Under the pieces are notes generated by a model, which saw only the letters and a program-made list of their open reading frames with translations, was not told where the DNA came from and did no database searches. A DNA stretch of 35,081 nucleotides from a virus (lineage: Duplodnaviria > Caudoviricetes). The stretch is taken from the IMG/VR virus record IMGVR_UViG_3300020045_005634, positions 1 to 35,081 of that record, one strand, 5' to 3'. This document shows, piece after piece, positions 8,884 through 18,114 of this stretch (position 1 is its first letter; the number at the start of each line of letters is the position of its first letter). The position numbers and the translations under genes were made by a program.

Positions 8884-9646
8884 GAAGAAGGTGGACATCA
8901 AACAGGTCGATGAGATTAAGGTTGAGAACTGCCCTGTATGCCATGCCTATGTATGCCATGCCTACCTCATGGTGGATGCCAGCACCCAGAAGAAGTCCAA
9001 GTGGTTCTCCTGTAGCTGTGGGGTGGTGTTCAACAGTACCAAGCCCAGTAAGGTCTACGACATGAAGTATTGGGAGGCTGGAACCAAGCCAGATAAGGGT
9101 AGAGAGGCCGCATTCAAGTACCCCGTGAGGCTCTATGCTCCCCTCATGGAAGAGCTTATATACGGGCGGAGGGTACTCATCGTGGGGCGCCCAAACACCC
9201 ACCAAGAGGATGCCTTGGCCGAGCGGGGCTGGGTACCCACCATCATAGACAAGAACACCGCCTTTGAGACTGGTGGCAACCTCATAGCCTCCGACTTCGA
9301 GCACCACCAGTTCCCCAAGGACATCAAATTCAATTCCATATGGATGTACCATACCCTCGACTGCCTATCCGACCCCATAGGCTCCCTAGCCCTATGCAAA
9401 GACCTGCTTGCGGAAGATGGTATTATAGTATTGATGGGTGCTGATACCGACTTTATCAATACCCGCTCATCTTCCTGCTTCATGCACTGGAAGCAAGATG
9501 AGAACTACATCATGTGGAATAGAAAGTCTCTGACTCGCCACCTAGAAACACTAGGGTTCAATGTAATACTCGCTCGACAAAACTACGAGCATCGTTTCCC
9601 GATGTGGGACGATTATCACATTATCGCCCAAAAAAAGTTTTTCTAG
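8870..9646 (+). CDS. Class I SAM methyltransferase-fold protein with N-terminal Cys cluster
   Basis: CPVC...CSC; FNSIWMYHTLDC; LLAEDGII; paralog of 736-1551; motif I atypical (VLIVGRPNT); ATG 8870 follows GAGG. Confidence 0.72.
   Translation: MLDFKKKVDIKQVDEIKVENCPVCHAYVCHAYLMVDASTQKKSKWFSCSCGVVFNSTKPSKVYDMKYWEAGTKPDKGREAAFKYPVRLYAPLMEELIYGRRVLIVGRPNTHQEDALAERGWVPTIIDKNTAFETGGNLIASDFEHHQFPKDIKFNSIWMYHTLDCLSDPIGSLALCKDLLAEDGIIVLMGADTDFINTRSSSCFMHWKQDENYIMWNRKSLTRHLETLGFNVILARQNYEHRFPMWDDYHIIAQKKFF
8936..8965 (+). repeat. 15-bp tandem duplication (VCHAY-VCHAY)
   Basis: GTATGCCATGCCTAT followed by GTATGCCATGCCTAC. Confidence 0.85.
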
Positions 9647-9655
9647 GAGGTTCCC

Positions 9656-10111
9656 TTGGCAACTAAGACAGTAACCATAGATACTGGTGAGTGGAATTAC
9701 CCCGACATCAGCGGGGCTAAACACTTAGTCACAAACGGTGAGACATTCACCTTCACCCTCACAGACGGCGGCGCATCTGCTGTCACCTACCAGAACGACC
9801 TTGATGGCTCAGTCCTCTGTGATGATGGGAGCCGAGTCACCATTCGCCGCTGGGCAGCAAATGCAACCAATGGCCTTGTGAATGGAAACCTAGCTCGTAC
9901 TTGGGGTCCGACCGCAGATGCCCAGGACGCAACAGCAGTCTATGGCCTTGCGGGAGAGTTCGTAACCTCACACTCCTCCAACAATGTCTACCAGTTCTGG
10001 AAGGCCATAAGCATTACCGTAGACAATGTGGATGCTCCCACCGCCATCTCTGGTACATTTGAAGACCAGTTTGGCAATCGGTTCACCTGGACCACGGTTA
10101 CGGTGAGCTAA
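9656..10111 (+). CDS. Hypothetical protein, probably virion-associated
   Basis: AGGAGG RBS and TTG start; T/G/A/N-rich, beta-strand-like composition; precedes the adaptor gene. Confidence 0.65.
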   Translation: MATKTVTIDTGEWNYPDISGAKHLVTNGETFTFTLTDGGASAVTYQNDLDGSVLCDDGSRVTIRRWAANATNGLVNGNLARTWGPTADAQDATAVYGLAGEFVTSHSSNNVYQFWKAISITVDNVDAPTAISGTFEDQFGNRFTWTTVTVS

Positions 10112-10112
10112 C

Positions 10113-10289
10113 ATGGCAGCATACTCTACGACAGTCAAGTTCATTGAAAACGGTGATGGTAATGCTTTCGCTACGGCAGTAGATGCATATATGGAAACAT
10201 TAGACTCTACTAATGACCCGATTGGAGCTATTACATTCGGATTTAACACTGGCAGCGGTAAGTATTTTGCAATAATTCTCACAACTTAA
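10113..10289 (+). CDS. 58-aa hypothetical protein (absent from the ORF track)
   Basis: MAAYSTTVKFIENGDG...KYFAIILTT fills the gap; its TAA overlaps the next ATG (TAATG). Confidence 0.65.
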   Translation: MAAYSTTVKFIENGDGNAFATAVDAYMETLDSTNDPIGAITFGFNTGSGKYFAIILTT

Positions 10290-11305
10290 TGACAAACGAT
10301 ACCTACAAACGCATACAAGTCAGGGCAATGGCCTTGGTGCAGAACACCAGCACCAGCACGTCCAATGCCAACGACCTCCTCCCCAAGGTCAAGGACTGGT
10401 GTCGTACTCGCTATGACCGCATCCTCCGTGCCTTCCCTTGGGATGAACTGAATCGTAGTTACAACCTGAGTGTCACCGCTGGCACTAGGGACTATGCCCT
10501 GCGCTATGACCTAGAATCCATCATCAAGATGTGGGACACGACCCACGGCTTTGAAATAACGGCCTATGACCTGCGCGACCACATACGATTCAATGCCATC
10601 AACCTTGAGGTATCAGGGAACGTGCAGACAGGTAACCCCGACCAATACATCGACATTGGGTCTAAGTCTTGCTCGGCCCTCATGAGCATCGCAGATAAGG
10701 TACAAGTCTTATCAACCTCTGCCTCTGATGTTAGCCCCGCAGTCATACGCATCACGGGTGAAGTCAGCGGGATGCCAGTGGGTGAGAACATCACCCTGAC
10801 TGGGGTTACTGCGGTAGACTCCTCCAACACGTTTGATGCAGGGAGCGAACTTCAGATTACCGCAGGGTCATCCAGTGCGGTGCTTACCGACCTTGTGGGC
10901 GTTGTCACAGTGCGTGAGAAGACCACCCCTGGCAACATCATTGCCAAACTCGCTCCCAATGAACGCGCTCCCTACTACAAGTGGATACGCATGAGTGTTA
11001 CACCTGCCAGTGCCTTGACCGCACAGGTCTGGTACAAACGCCGCTGGTACCCCCTCACCAACGACAATGATGCCCCCATCATCCCTTGCGCCAATGAAAT
11101 CATTGAGGGTGTGGTGGCAGATGCGCTCTGGGAAGATGGACAAGAGGCAGCAGCTCAAGCCCAAGATGCCAAGTTCACCAAAGCCGTGACAGAACTCTGG
11201 ATTAGCCGCCGTCCTCGCAACCTCATTAGCCAAATCGTACCTGATGGCGGCGACCCTCAGGCTCGTAACGAACGCAACCTCTACTACCTAGGTGATAGCT
11301 ACTAA
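10289..11305 (+). CDS. Putative head-tail adaptor / tail tubular protein A
   Basis: Adaptor-like layout: N-terminal helices, FPWDEL, LSVTAGTRDYAL, PLTNDNDAPIIP, C-terminal helices; directly upstream of the nozzle-like gene. Confidence 0.65.
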   Translation: MTNDTYKRIQVRAMALVQNTSTSTSNANDLLPKVKDWCRTRYDRILRAFPWDELNRSYNLSVTAGTRDYALRYDLESIIKMWDTTHGFEITAYDLRDHIRFNAINLEVSGNVQTGNPDQYIDIGSKSCSALMSIADKVQVLSTSASDVSPAVIRITGEVSGMPVGENITLTGVTAVDSSNTFDAGSELQITAGSSSAVLTDLVGVVTVREKTTPGNIIAKLAPNERAPYYKWIRMSVTPASALTAQVWYKRRWYPLTNDNDAPIIPCANEIIEGVVADALWEDGQEAAAQAQDAKFTKAVTELWISRRPRNLISQIVPDGGDPQARNERNLYYLGDSY

Positions 11306-13476
11306 TGATACTGACTAGCAAACGGGCTAAGGTCAGTCAGATAGACTTCACAGGCGGTCAGAACTCAGGGGATGACCCGTCCACAGTCAAGGCCAACCAA
11401 GCCTCCCTCATTGAAAATAGCTACATCACCCAGGTTGGTAAGTTGGAACAGCGTGAGGGTCAAACGCTTCTGGGTGATAATCCTGCAACCCTCATATCCA
11501 AGTGGACATTCGATGCCTCAACAGCCGTAGATGACAAGGAAGACAATGATGGGACAGCAACCTCAGTCACATACGTTGATGGGAAATTCGGCAAGTGCGC
11601 CAGCTTCAATGGGACTACATCTTCCATCTCCGTCCCTGCCGATACCACTATTGATGCGGTGTCTATGGGAGCCTTTCGTGTCTCAGCCTGGGTCTATGTA
11701 GATAGCGATGGGGAGAATGATGAGGGGCGCATTGTTGACAAGATGGCGGGAACCGATGCTGGGTATCGCTTCTTTGTGAAGTCCCAATCTGGCAGCACCG
11801 TCATCCTAGACTTCGAGGTGGGTGACACAGGAACCAACACAAGGGTTGTGACATCCACTACCATGTCCACGGGAGCATGGCACAAGGTTGATGCCATCTA
11901 CAATACCGACCGCTCAGGGGACATCTACCTTGATGGAGCCATCTGCTCCTACTCTACCGATACCACGGGAGCTACAGCTACCGCTGATGACTCAGCCAAC
12001 GTCCTCTACTTTGGCAACAGGGCCGCTGGCGACCGCTGCTTTGATGGCGAGATAGATGACATCCGCATCTATGATGGCTCATTCACTGCAGATGAGCTTG
12101 AAATTAAGGCTATCCTTGGGCTTACCACGTACTCAGTGGGAACGACATACAATAAACCAATCCGCGCCATAGACACCAAGATACAGGAGCTTAACTCCAA
12201 CTTCCTCACTTGGGATAACATCACGGGGCTTACCACCCTGACAGCGGGGCTCACCACCAACTTTGTTCAAGGTCTAGACAAGCTATTCATCCTGAACGGT
12301 ACAGACAATGTGTTCAGCATAGACTCATCTCTCACCGTCACAGACGAGGGCAACACCAACACCGACTTCCCCAAGACCACATTTGGAGAGTGGACGGCCA
12401 ACAACCGCATGTTTGCCAGTGGGAGCCTGACACAATCCCTGCGTGATATTGTCTACTTCTCAGATGCCCTAGACCCTCAGACATGGAACCGCACCACAAA
12501 CTTGTTCAAGGTACGCTCAGGTGGAGGTGGTAAGGTCACCTGGCTAAAGATGTTCAAGGAGTTTGAGCTTATCATCTACAAGAATGACAGTATATTTGTT
12601 CTCAACATGGACGGCGCAACACCCCTTACTGACTGGGACCCGAAGCCCCTATCCATCGTGGTGGGATGCCCAGCAGGGCGCACAGTCTGTGACATTGGGA
12701 ATGACCAGATATACCTGGCGAATGATGGGGTACGCCTCCTATCCCGCACTACATTTGACAAGTTGAGGGTTGGGGTTATCTCCGACCCAATCCGCGACAT
12801 CATAGAGGCTATCAATCAGGATGCCATACAGAACTCCGTGGGGTTCTTTGAGAATGGCCTATACCTCTTGGGCGTACCAGTTGGCACCTCCACCATCCCT
12901 AACCGCTGGATGATTTGGGACAGCTTTTCTGCCACTCGAAATGGGGAGCCAAATGGCTCATGGACCACAATCCCCGTAGATGTCTGGAATATGAGCTGCA
13001 TGACAAGCTTTGGATTTGGAGACAACCTCAAGACTATCATTGGGGGAGACGCTAGAGCCTTATCCCTATGCTACAAAGTCCTATCTGGCAACACCGACAA
13101 TGGAGCCACAGTCACTCAATCTATCATCACCAAGGAACAGGACTTCGGTGAACCATTTGCACGCAAGATATTTGACCCCGTGCGATTCACAGCAGAATCT
13201 GGTTCAGATGGTAACTACAACTACTCCATAGACATCGACCACACTGGATTCAACTCCATCGCATCCACTGGCACCCTCTCTGGTTCTCTCCAAACCCCTT
13301 TCGTCACACCCGCAACCACTGGTGGTTCTCAGGCCAATAACAGCTCATACCGCAGCAAGTTCGCTGGCAAGGGCAGTGCCGCAAGACTACAGATAACCAA
13401 TTCGATATACAACAAGCGACCCACTTTCATTGAGTATGAACTCTTTGCAAGGGGTTACCAAGGGAGAATCAGCTAA
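11305..13476 (+). CDS. Putative tail nozzle / tail tubular protein B with an inserted LamG domain
   Basis: DFTGGQN start, VYFSDALDP..W, LIIYKNDSIF, VGCPAGRTV, ISDPI; LamG motifs (GKFGKCASFNG, WHKV, FDGEIDDIRIYD) at about 11491-12100. Confidence 0.72.
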   Translation: MILTSKRAKVSQIDFTGGQNSGDDPSTVKANQASLIENSYITQVGKLEQREGQTLLGDNPATLISKWTFDASTAVDDKEDNDGTATSVTYVDGKFGKCASFNGTTSSISVPADTTIDAVSMGAFRVSAWVYVDSDGENDEGRIVDKMAGTDAGYRFFVKSQSGSTVILDFEVGDTGTNTRVVTSTTMSTGAWHKVDAIYNTDRSGDIYLDGAICSYSTDTTGATATADDSANVLYFGNRAAGDRCFDGEIDDIRIYDGSFTADELEIKAILGLTTYSVGTTYNKPIRAIDTKIQELNSNFLTWDNITGLTTLTAGLTTNFVQGLDKLFILNGTDNVFSIDSSLTVTDEGNTNTDFPKTTFGEWTANNRMFASGSLTQSLRDIVYFSDALDPQTWNRTTNLFKVRSGGGGKVTWLKMFKEFELIIYKNDSIFVLNMDGATPLTDWDPKPLSIVVGCPAGRTVCDIGNDQIYLANDGVRLLSRTTFDKLRVGVISDPIRDIIEAINQDAIQNSVGFFENGLYLLGVPVGTSTIPNRWMIWDSFSATRNGEPNGSWTTIPVDVWNMSCMTSFGFGDNLKTIIGGDARALSLCYKVLSGNTDNGATVTQSIITKEQDFGEPFARKIFDPVRFTAESGSDGNYNYSIDIDHTGFNSIASTGTLSGSLQTPFVTPATTGGSQANNSSYRSKFAGKGSAARLQITNSIYNKRPTFIEYELFARGYQGRIS

Positions 13477-14339
13477 TGGCCATTGTGAACTTACCAGTTA
13501 TCGGTGGGGGTTCAGACCCCGCGACAATCACGGTGTCGGTACTGAACGGCAAGGTTGACCCGCTGGCCACTGACTACAACGGCAACATTCAGAATGTAAA
13601 CATCGCCGCAGGTGCTGGAATCGTCTACTCCAAACTCACACTTACTGATGGCATTGTGAATGCTGACATCAATTCATCTGCGGCGATTGCTGATAGCAAG
13701 CTTGCTACAATTACTACAGCAAACAAGGTTGGGGCATCCGCTATAAATATAAACGGAGCGACTACGGTAACTATCGTATCAACTGACCATATTTTGATTG
13801 CAGATGCTTCTGACAGCAATAATCCTAAAAAGGGTTTAGCTTCAGATATTATCTTTACGCCAAGCACATCGAACGCCTTATCAAAAAGCACGATACAGAC
13901 AGTATTTACAAAATCTTCTGCGGCGGCTAGTTCAACAGGAACGGCAGTAGACGATGATAGCATTCCTACCCTTACTGAATGCCCCGTGATTTCAGCCCTA
14001 AATACTGCTATTACAGCTTCTAGCACCTCCAATACGCTTATTATTACGGTTACGCTTAATCTTGATGCCGCCGACTCAAATAAGGGAATTGGAGCCTTAT
14101 TTCTTGATGACGCAACAGACGCTATTGCCGCTGTAAGATTTAATACTTCAGAAGCAAATAGACCAAATTCATGCATATTATCTTTCTCTGTTTCTCCAGC
14201 AGATACAAGCGCACATACTTATAAGATTGGTCTAGGTGGAGTTTCTGGAAGCGTATTTACTGTTAATGGAGCTGGTGGCTCTCGTAAGCTTGGTGGTGTT
14301 CTTTACTCCACAATGAAAATTGAGGAAATAAAGGCTTGA
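13476..14339 (+). CDS. Putative tail fibre / virion protein
   Basis: IVNADINSSAAIADSKLA-type repeats and C-terminal STMKIEEIKA, typical of fibre proteins; 3' part is AT-richer. Confidence 0.6.
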   Translation: MAIVNLPVIGGGSDPATITVSVLNGKVDPLATDYNGNIQNVNIAAGAGIVYSKLTLTDGIVNADINSSAAIADSKLATITTANKVGASAININGATTVTIVSTDHILIADASDSNNPKKGLASDIIFTPSTSNALSKSTIQTVFTKSSAAASSTGTAVDDDSIPTLTECPVISALNTAITASSTSNTLIITVTLNLDAADSNKGIGALFLDDATDAIAAVRFNTSEANRPNSCILSFSVSPADTSAHTYKIGLGGVSGSVFTVNGAGGSRKLGGVLYSTMKIEEIKA

Positions 14340-14653
14340 TAAGCACATCCAAAGATACCAATGGGCGGGTTGTAGCCTACATGGAGTCTAGGGTCGTGGG
14401 GCAGTCTGGATTCGACAAGCTAGATGGCGAATACATCTACATAGCCGACCTTTGGATTCACGATAGCCACAAGGATGATTGGTCGATATTCCGTGAGCTT
14501 ATGCGTGATGTCTTTCGCAAAGCATGGTCGGCCAAGTGGGTATACTTTCAGCGGCGCAAGTATGGTGGGAAGCAGTCTAAGAATTACTCGAAGGAGAGAA
14601 TGATGAAGTTGATTGATAAGGTGCCTGCGTATGTAGTGAAGGAGATTGCATAA
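14336..14653 (+). CDS. Putative GNAT-fold protein at the internal-virion-protein-A position
   Basis: YIYIADLWIH strand followed by a helix; lies between tail and ejection genes as in many podoviruses. Confidence 0.45.
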   Translation: MISTSKDTNGRVVAYMESRVVGQSGFDKLDGEYIYIADLWIHDSHKDDWSIFRELMRDVFRKAWSAKWVYFQRRKYGGKQSKNYSKERMMKLIDKVPAYVVKEIA

Positions 14654-15408
14654 TGGGTGGAGATACACCAGCGGCTCCTACGCCCCCGCCCGCACCCTCA
14701 GCCGCTGAGACAAGCGCAGAGGCAATCCAAGCTCAGATAGACGCACTACCCAAGATACTGGCCGCACAACAGCAGTATGGTGGTGCGTTCAGCGAACAGC
14801 AGCTTCAATCACTTCAGCAATATGGGCCGCAGTTTGCCCAAGCTGCCCTTGACCTTCAGAAGCAGTTTGGACCGCAGTTTGCTCAAGTTGAGCGTGACCT
14901 GTCCCCAGAACTTGCTGGGGCGCAGTCTACCCTCGCCACCTACCTCAATGGGAATGATGACCAGGAGTATGCGGCATTAGCCCCTGGACTCCTTGATAGC
15001 GTTAGGGCAGGGCAGTCCCAGAGGGGTATCGGAGCCATCAGTCCCCTTGGCTCAATAGATGAGTCGGTCCAACTCCAACAGCTTAAGCAGAGCCTGAAAG
15101 ACAGGCGGCTCAATGTGGCATTGTCCACCGCTGGCCGAGTACCAATCGGCGGTATGCAGAATGTGCAAGGTACCACGGGCACAGGCCAGCTTGTTAACAA
15201 TGTGAACCCCGATAGTATCTTTGGCTACCAGCAGGGGCTCAACAACTTCAACAGCTCCATCTTCAATACTCAAGGGTCGATGTACAACAGCAATCAGGCT
15301 AATAGCTCTAGCCCTTGGGGTTCTATCCTTGGTGGGCTGGCTGGGTCTGCTACTGGCGGGTTTGGTACATCAATCGGCACAAGTCTCGGTAGTCAGATTA
15401 AGTTCTAG
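14653..15408 (+). CDS. Putative DNA ejection / internal virion protein
   Basis: MGGDTPAAPTPPPAP start, Q-rich helices, Gly-rich hydrophobic C-terminus (WGSILGGLAGSATGG). Confidence 0.62.
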   Translation: MGGDTPAAPTPPPAPSAAETSAEAIQAQIDALPKILAAQQQYGGAFSEQQLQSLQQYGPQFAQAALDLQKQFGPQFAQVERDLSPELAGAQSTLATYLNGNDDQEYAALAPGLLDSVRAGQSQRGIGAISPLGSIDESVQLQQLKQSLKDRRLNVALSTAGRVPIGGMQNVQGTTGTGQLVNNVNPDSIFGYQQGLNNFNSSIFNTQGSMYNSNQANSSSPWGSILGGLAGSATGGFGTSIGTSLGSQIKF

Positions 15409-15416
15409 GAGAACAT

Positions 15417-16535
15417 ATGGCAAACGGATTCGGTAATAGCTTCGAGAAGGCTTTCTCCATTGGGCAGCAGAAGGGGAGTGATGCGGCCCTGGCAACTATT
15501 AAGGAGCGTATCAAGAAGCAAGAGACCAAGGCAACCGAAGAACTCAAAAGCCTCCAAGCTCAGAAGGACTTTGAGAAGGTGAGGTCGTTTGTGAGCAAGA
15601 AGAATCCTGAGCTTGCCGCCGACCTAGCTACCCTTGATGTTGAGGACATGGGTACAGAAACCCTAATCAATATCAATAAGATGTTGTCAAAACAGCTTGT
15701 GCCGCCTACTGAGAATGAACAGCTTATTGATGCTGGTAAGGTTGCAAATGCTTTAACTCAACTTAGGGAAGCTGGGATGATTGGGGCTGGAGGTGGAGTA
15801 TCAATGCCATCATCCGCTCCTCAGGCTAGTGTTGATAGCACCGCACAGGTAGCCAATGCGGTTGCGCAACAAGGTGGAACAGCAACGGCAGGTCAACCTG
15901 CACCATCTGGAGACTTGGTACCCACCGACTTCAACGTAGCAGGTGTAGCGACCAAGTATAAGTCTAAGTCTGGTATGGCGGCAGAGGAACAGAGCAAGGT
16001 TGATGCTAAGAACCGAGATAGAACCCAAAAGGCTGAGAATACATCAGTAGGTACATTCAGGTTTATGCAACAGTTCCAGAAGTCGTATGACGAGCTTAAG
16101 GCATTTGACCCCACAGTTGATGAAGAAGGTGTTGGTGGGTGGATGTCGAGACAGGGGGCTAAGATAGCCGAACACCTTGATGAGCTTCCTGAGACTAAAG
16201 CCCTCAAGATTCAATCCTTGCCAATGGCTAACGGCATGGCCCGTGAGATTGAAGGTGGTAGGGTTACTGACTCAGATAGAAAGATTTATGCTGACTCACT
16301 AGCTAGTGCCCTCAACTTCCCCACCAAGACCAATGTTAGGAATATGTCTACTCAAATCATAGGATTGATTGACAAGGGTGGAAATGAGAATGGGAAGATT
16401 ACCAACCAGCTCAAAGAGTTTGCAAAGTCAGAATCCGACATATTCAAGAGTGTTATCGCACAGGTTCTGATGGAGTACCCCGAAATGGCAAAAGACATCT
16501 ATGGTGAAGATTATGAGGTAGTCGATGAAGATTAA
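15417..16535 (+). CDS. Putative DNA ejection / internal virion protein
   Basis: AGGAG RBS; helical K/E/Q-rich sequence with EGGRVTDSD; second gene of the ejection trio. Confidence 0.55.
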   Translation: MANGFGNSFEKAFSIGQQKGSDAALATIKERIKKQETKATEELKSLQAQKDFEKVRSFVSKKNPELAADLATLDVEDMGTETLININKMLSKQLVPPTENEQLIDAGKVANALTQLREAGMIGAGGGVSMPSSAPQASVDSTAQVANAVAQQGGTATAGQPAPSGDLVPTDFNVAGVATKYKSKSGMAAEEQSKVDAKNRDRTQKAENTSVGTFRFMQQFQKSYDELKAFDPTVDEEGVGGWMSRQGAKIAEHLDELPETKALKIQSLPMANGMAREIEGGRVTDSDRKIYADSLASALNFPTKTNVRNMSTQIIGLIDKGGNENGKITNQLKEFAKSESDIFKSVIAQVLMEYPEMAKDIYGEDYEVVDED

Positions 16536-17793
16536 GAATAAGAAGACTGGGGAAGTGATTGACCTATCTAAGCCTAGTAAGGTTGAGGATAAGCCAGCAG
16601 AGTCCACCCCATCCAAGAAGCCCAACCAGATGGAACGATTTGCCCCTGAGAGAGCCAAGGCTACTGAAGAGCGTATCAAGGAGCGCGGCACCATCCAGGA
16701 CACCGCGAAGAAGATTGGCTCTGAGAAGAGCATTGTTAAGAAGATTGGTGCTGGGCTTGAGGTGGCATCAGCACCACTTGCCGCTGTTGAATCTGGTGTA
16801 GCCAATGTTGGACTTGAGATGCAGAAGGGTAATGTCAACCCAGTAGACTTGTTAAAAGAGAGCATCCTTGGTATCTCCCTTCAGAAGCAAGGGCAGTATG
16901 GCGACATCATGAAGAATGCAGGTTACAACCCTGTACTCTCTGACACCGCAGGGCTAGTTGCCAGCCTGTCCCCTGTTAAGGTCTACCAGAACGTAGCCAA
17001 GACATTCGGCAACATCTCCAAGATGTCCGATAAGGCTCTTATGAAGACTGGGAATAACCTCATCTATGCCATTGATGATGCGAAGAAGGCCGTGGGCATG
17101 AAGGTTACACAGGAGTATGCCAAGGGTGCAGATAACCTACCTGTTGACGGCCTCCAATTCATCAATGATGTGGCTGACCTCCCTCGCCCCATCATGAAGA
17201 AGATGGAGTTGGCTTTCGGCAAGATGGAGGACTTTGCTAAGAACCTGAACATTGGCAAGGTCAGGGAGTTTAAGAGATACCTCGGTAAGCTCAAGCCCAA
17301 TGCCTATGGAGGTGATGCGAGAGGTCTCAAAGACAGCTTGGATGTGCTGGACATCAACAAGGTCTATGGAAAAGTATCTGGTACCGCTGAGAAGGTGATG
17401 AGGGATAAGTCATCGGGCTTGGACAAGTCCACCGTTGACCATCTCCTTGACCTAGATGAATCCTACCATGATGTGATTAATGCTGGCCGCTACATCAAGC
17501 ACACCATCACGGATGCTACATTGGGCAAGCCCACAAAGGTTGGCAACTTGGCTGAGGAAATCAAGCTGGAAGGTAATAGTACCGCTAGGGTCGCCCTAAG
17601 CAAAATCAAGTCCAGTAGCCGCACTGCCATGAACAATGTGAATAAGGCCATGGATAGAATGGAATCATTCAATCGTTGGCAGAGAGACAAGATGATTGTA
17701 TCCAGAGCAATTAAGGCTGTTACCTATGGTGGTATCGCAGGTGCCGTAGGTGGAAAGCTAGTAAACAAGTTCCAAGACAGGAGTGATTCATGA
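16525..17793 (+). CDS. Putative DNA ejection / internal virion protein
   Basis: Helical K-rich protein with Gly-rich hydrophobic C-terminus (YGGIAGAVGG); synteny. Confidence 0.55.
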   Translation: MKIKNKKTGEVIDLSKPSKVEDKPAESTPSKKPNQMERFAPERAKATEERIKERGTIQDTAKKIGSEKSIVKKIGAGLEVASAPLAAVESGVANVGLEMQKGNVNPVDLLKESILGISLQKQGQYGDIMKNAGYNPVLSDTAGLVASLSPVKVYQNVAKTFGNISKMSDKALMKTGNNLIYAIDDAKKAVGMKVTQEYAKGADNLPVDGLQFINDVADLPRPIMKKMELAFGKMEDFAKNLNIGKVREFKRYLGKLKPNAYGGDARGLKDSLDVLDINKVYGKVSGTAEKVMRDKSSGLDKSTVDHLLDLDESYHDVINAGRYIKHTITDATLGKPTKVGNLAEEIKLEGNSTARVALSKIKSSSRTAMNNVNKAMDRMESFNRWQRDKMIVSRAIKAVTYGGIAGAVGGKLVNKFQDRSDS

Positions 17794-18110
17794 GCGGCCA
17801 CATAGTCCAAACCCGTCCCACAATCGGCTATGCTTTTGAGCAACTCACAGTGACCAATGCCGTACAAGTCCTTACACCAGGCAAGTATAAGGACAGTACG
17901 ACCAATGGCGGTGCATCCGCAGCCTTTATCACAAACGATGGTAACACAATTCGCTACACCTATGACGGCACAACCCCATCAGCCACTGTAGGCCACAAGC
18001 TCGCCGATGGAGGCATACTGGTCTTGGCTGGACAGAACCAGATGAGCCAGTTCAAGTGCTTTAGGGTGTCTGCTGATAGTGAAATAACCATCACATACGA
18101 AAGGGAATGA
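17790..18110 (+). CDS. Hypothetical small beta-rich virion-type protein
   Basis: ATGA coupling; IRYTYDGTTPSATVG segment. Confidence 0.6.
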   Translation: MSGHIVQTRPTIGYAFEQLTVTNAVQVLTPGKYKDSTTNGGASAAFITNDGNTIRYTYDGTTPSATVGHKLADGGILVLAGQNQMSQFKCFRVSADSEITITYERE

Positions 18111-18114
18111 CCCT

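Noticed and set aside
105-9646. Host O-antigen/LPS locus or Gtr-type serotype-conversion cassette
   Set aside because: No Wzx/Wzy/ABC transporter, GtrA/B or membrane GT; the cluster is contiguous with virion genes and shares their codon style
105-9646. DNA hypermodification cluster
   Set aside because: No base hydroxymethylase, TET/JBP, nucleotide kinase or polymerase nearby, and the context is late structural; disfavoured but not excluded
13625-14176. Long minus-strand ORFs here and at 3715-4314, 8753-9352, 18091-18681
   Set aside because: Antisense shadows of well-supported + strand genes, with no motifs
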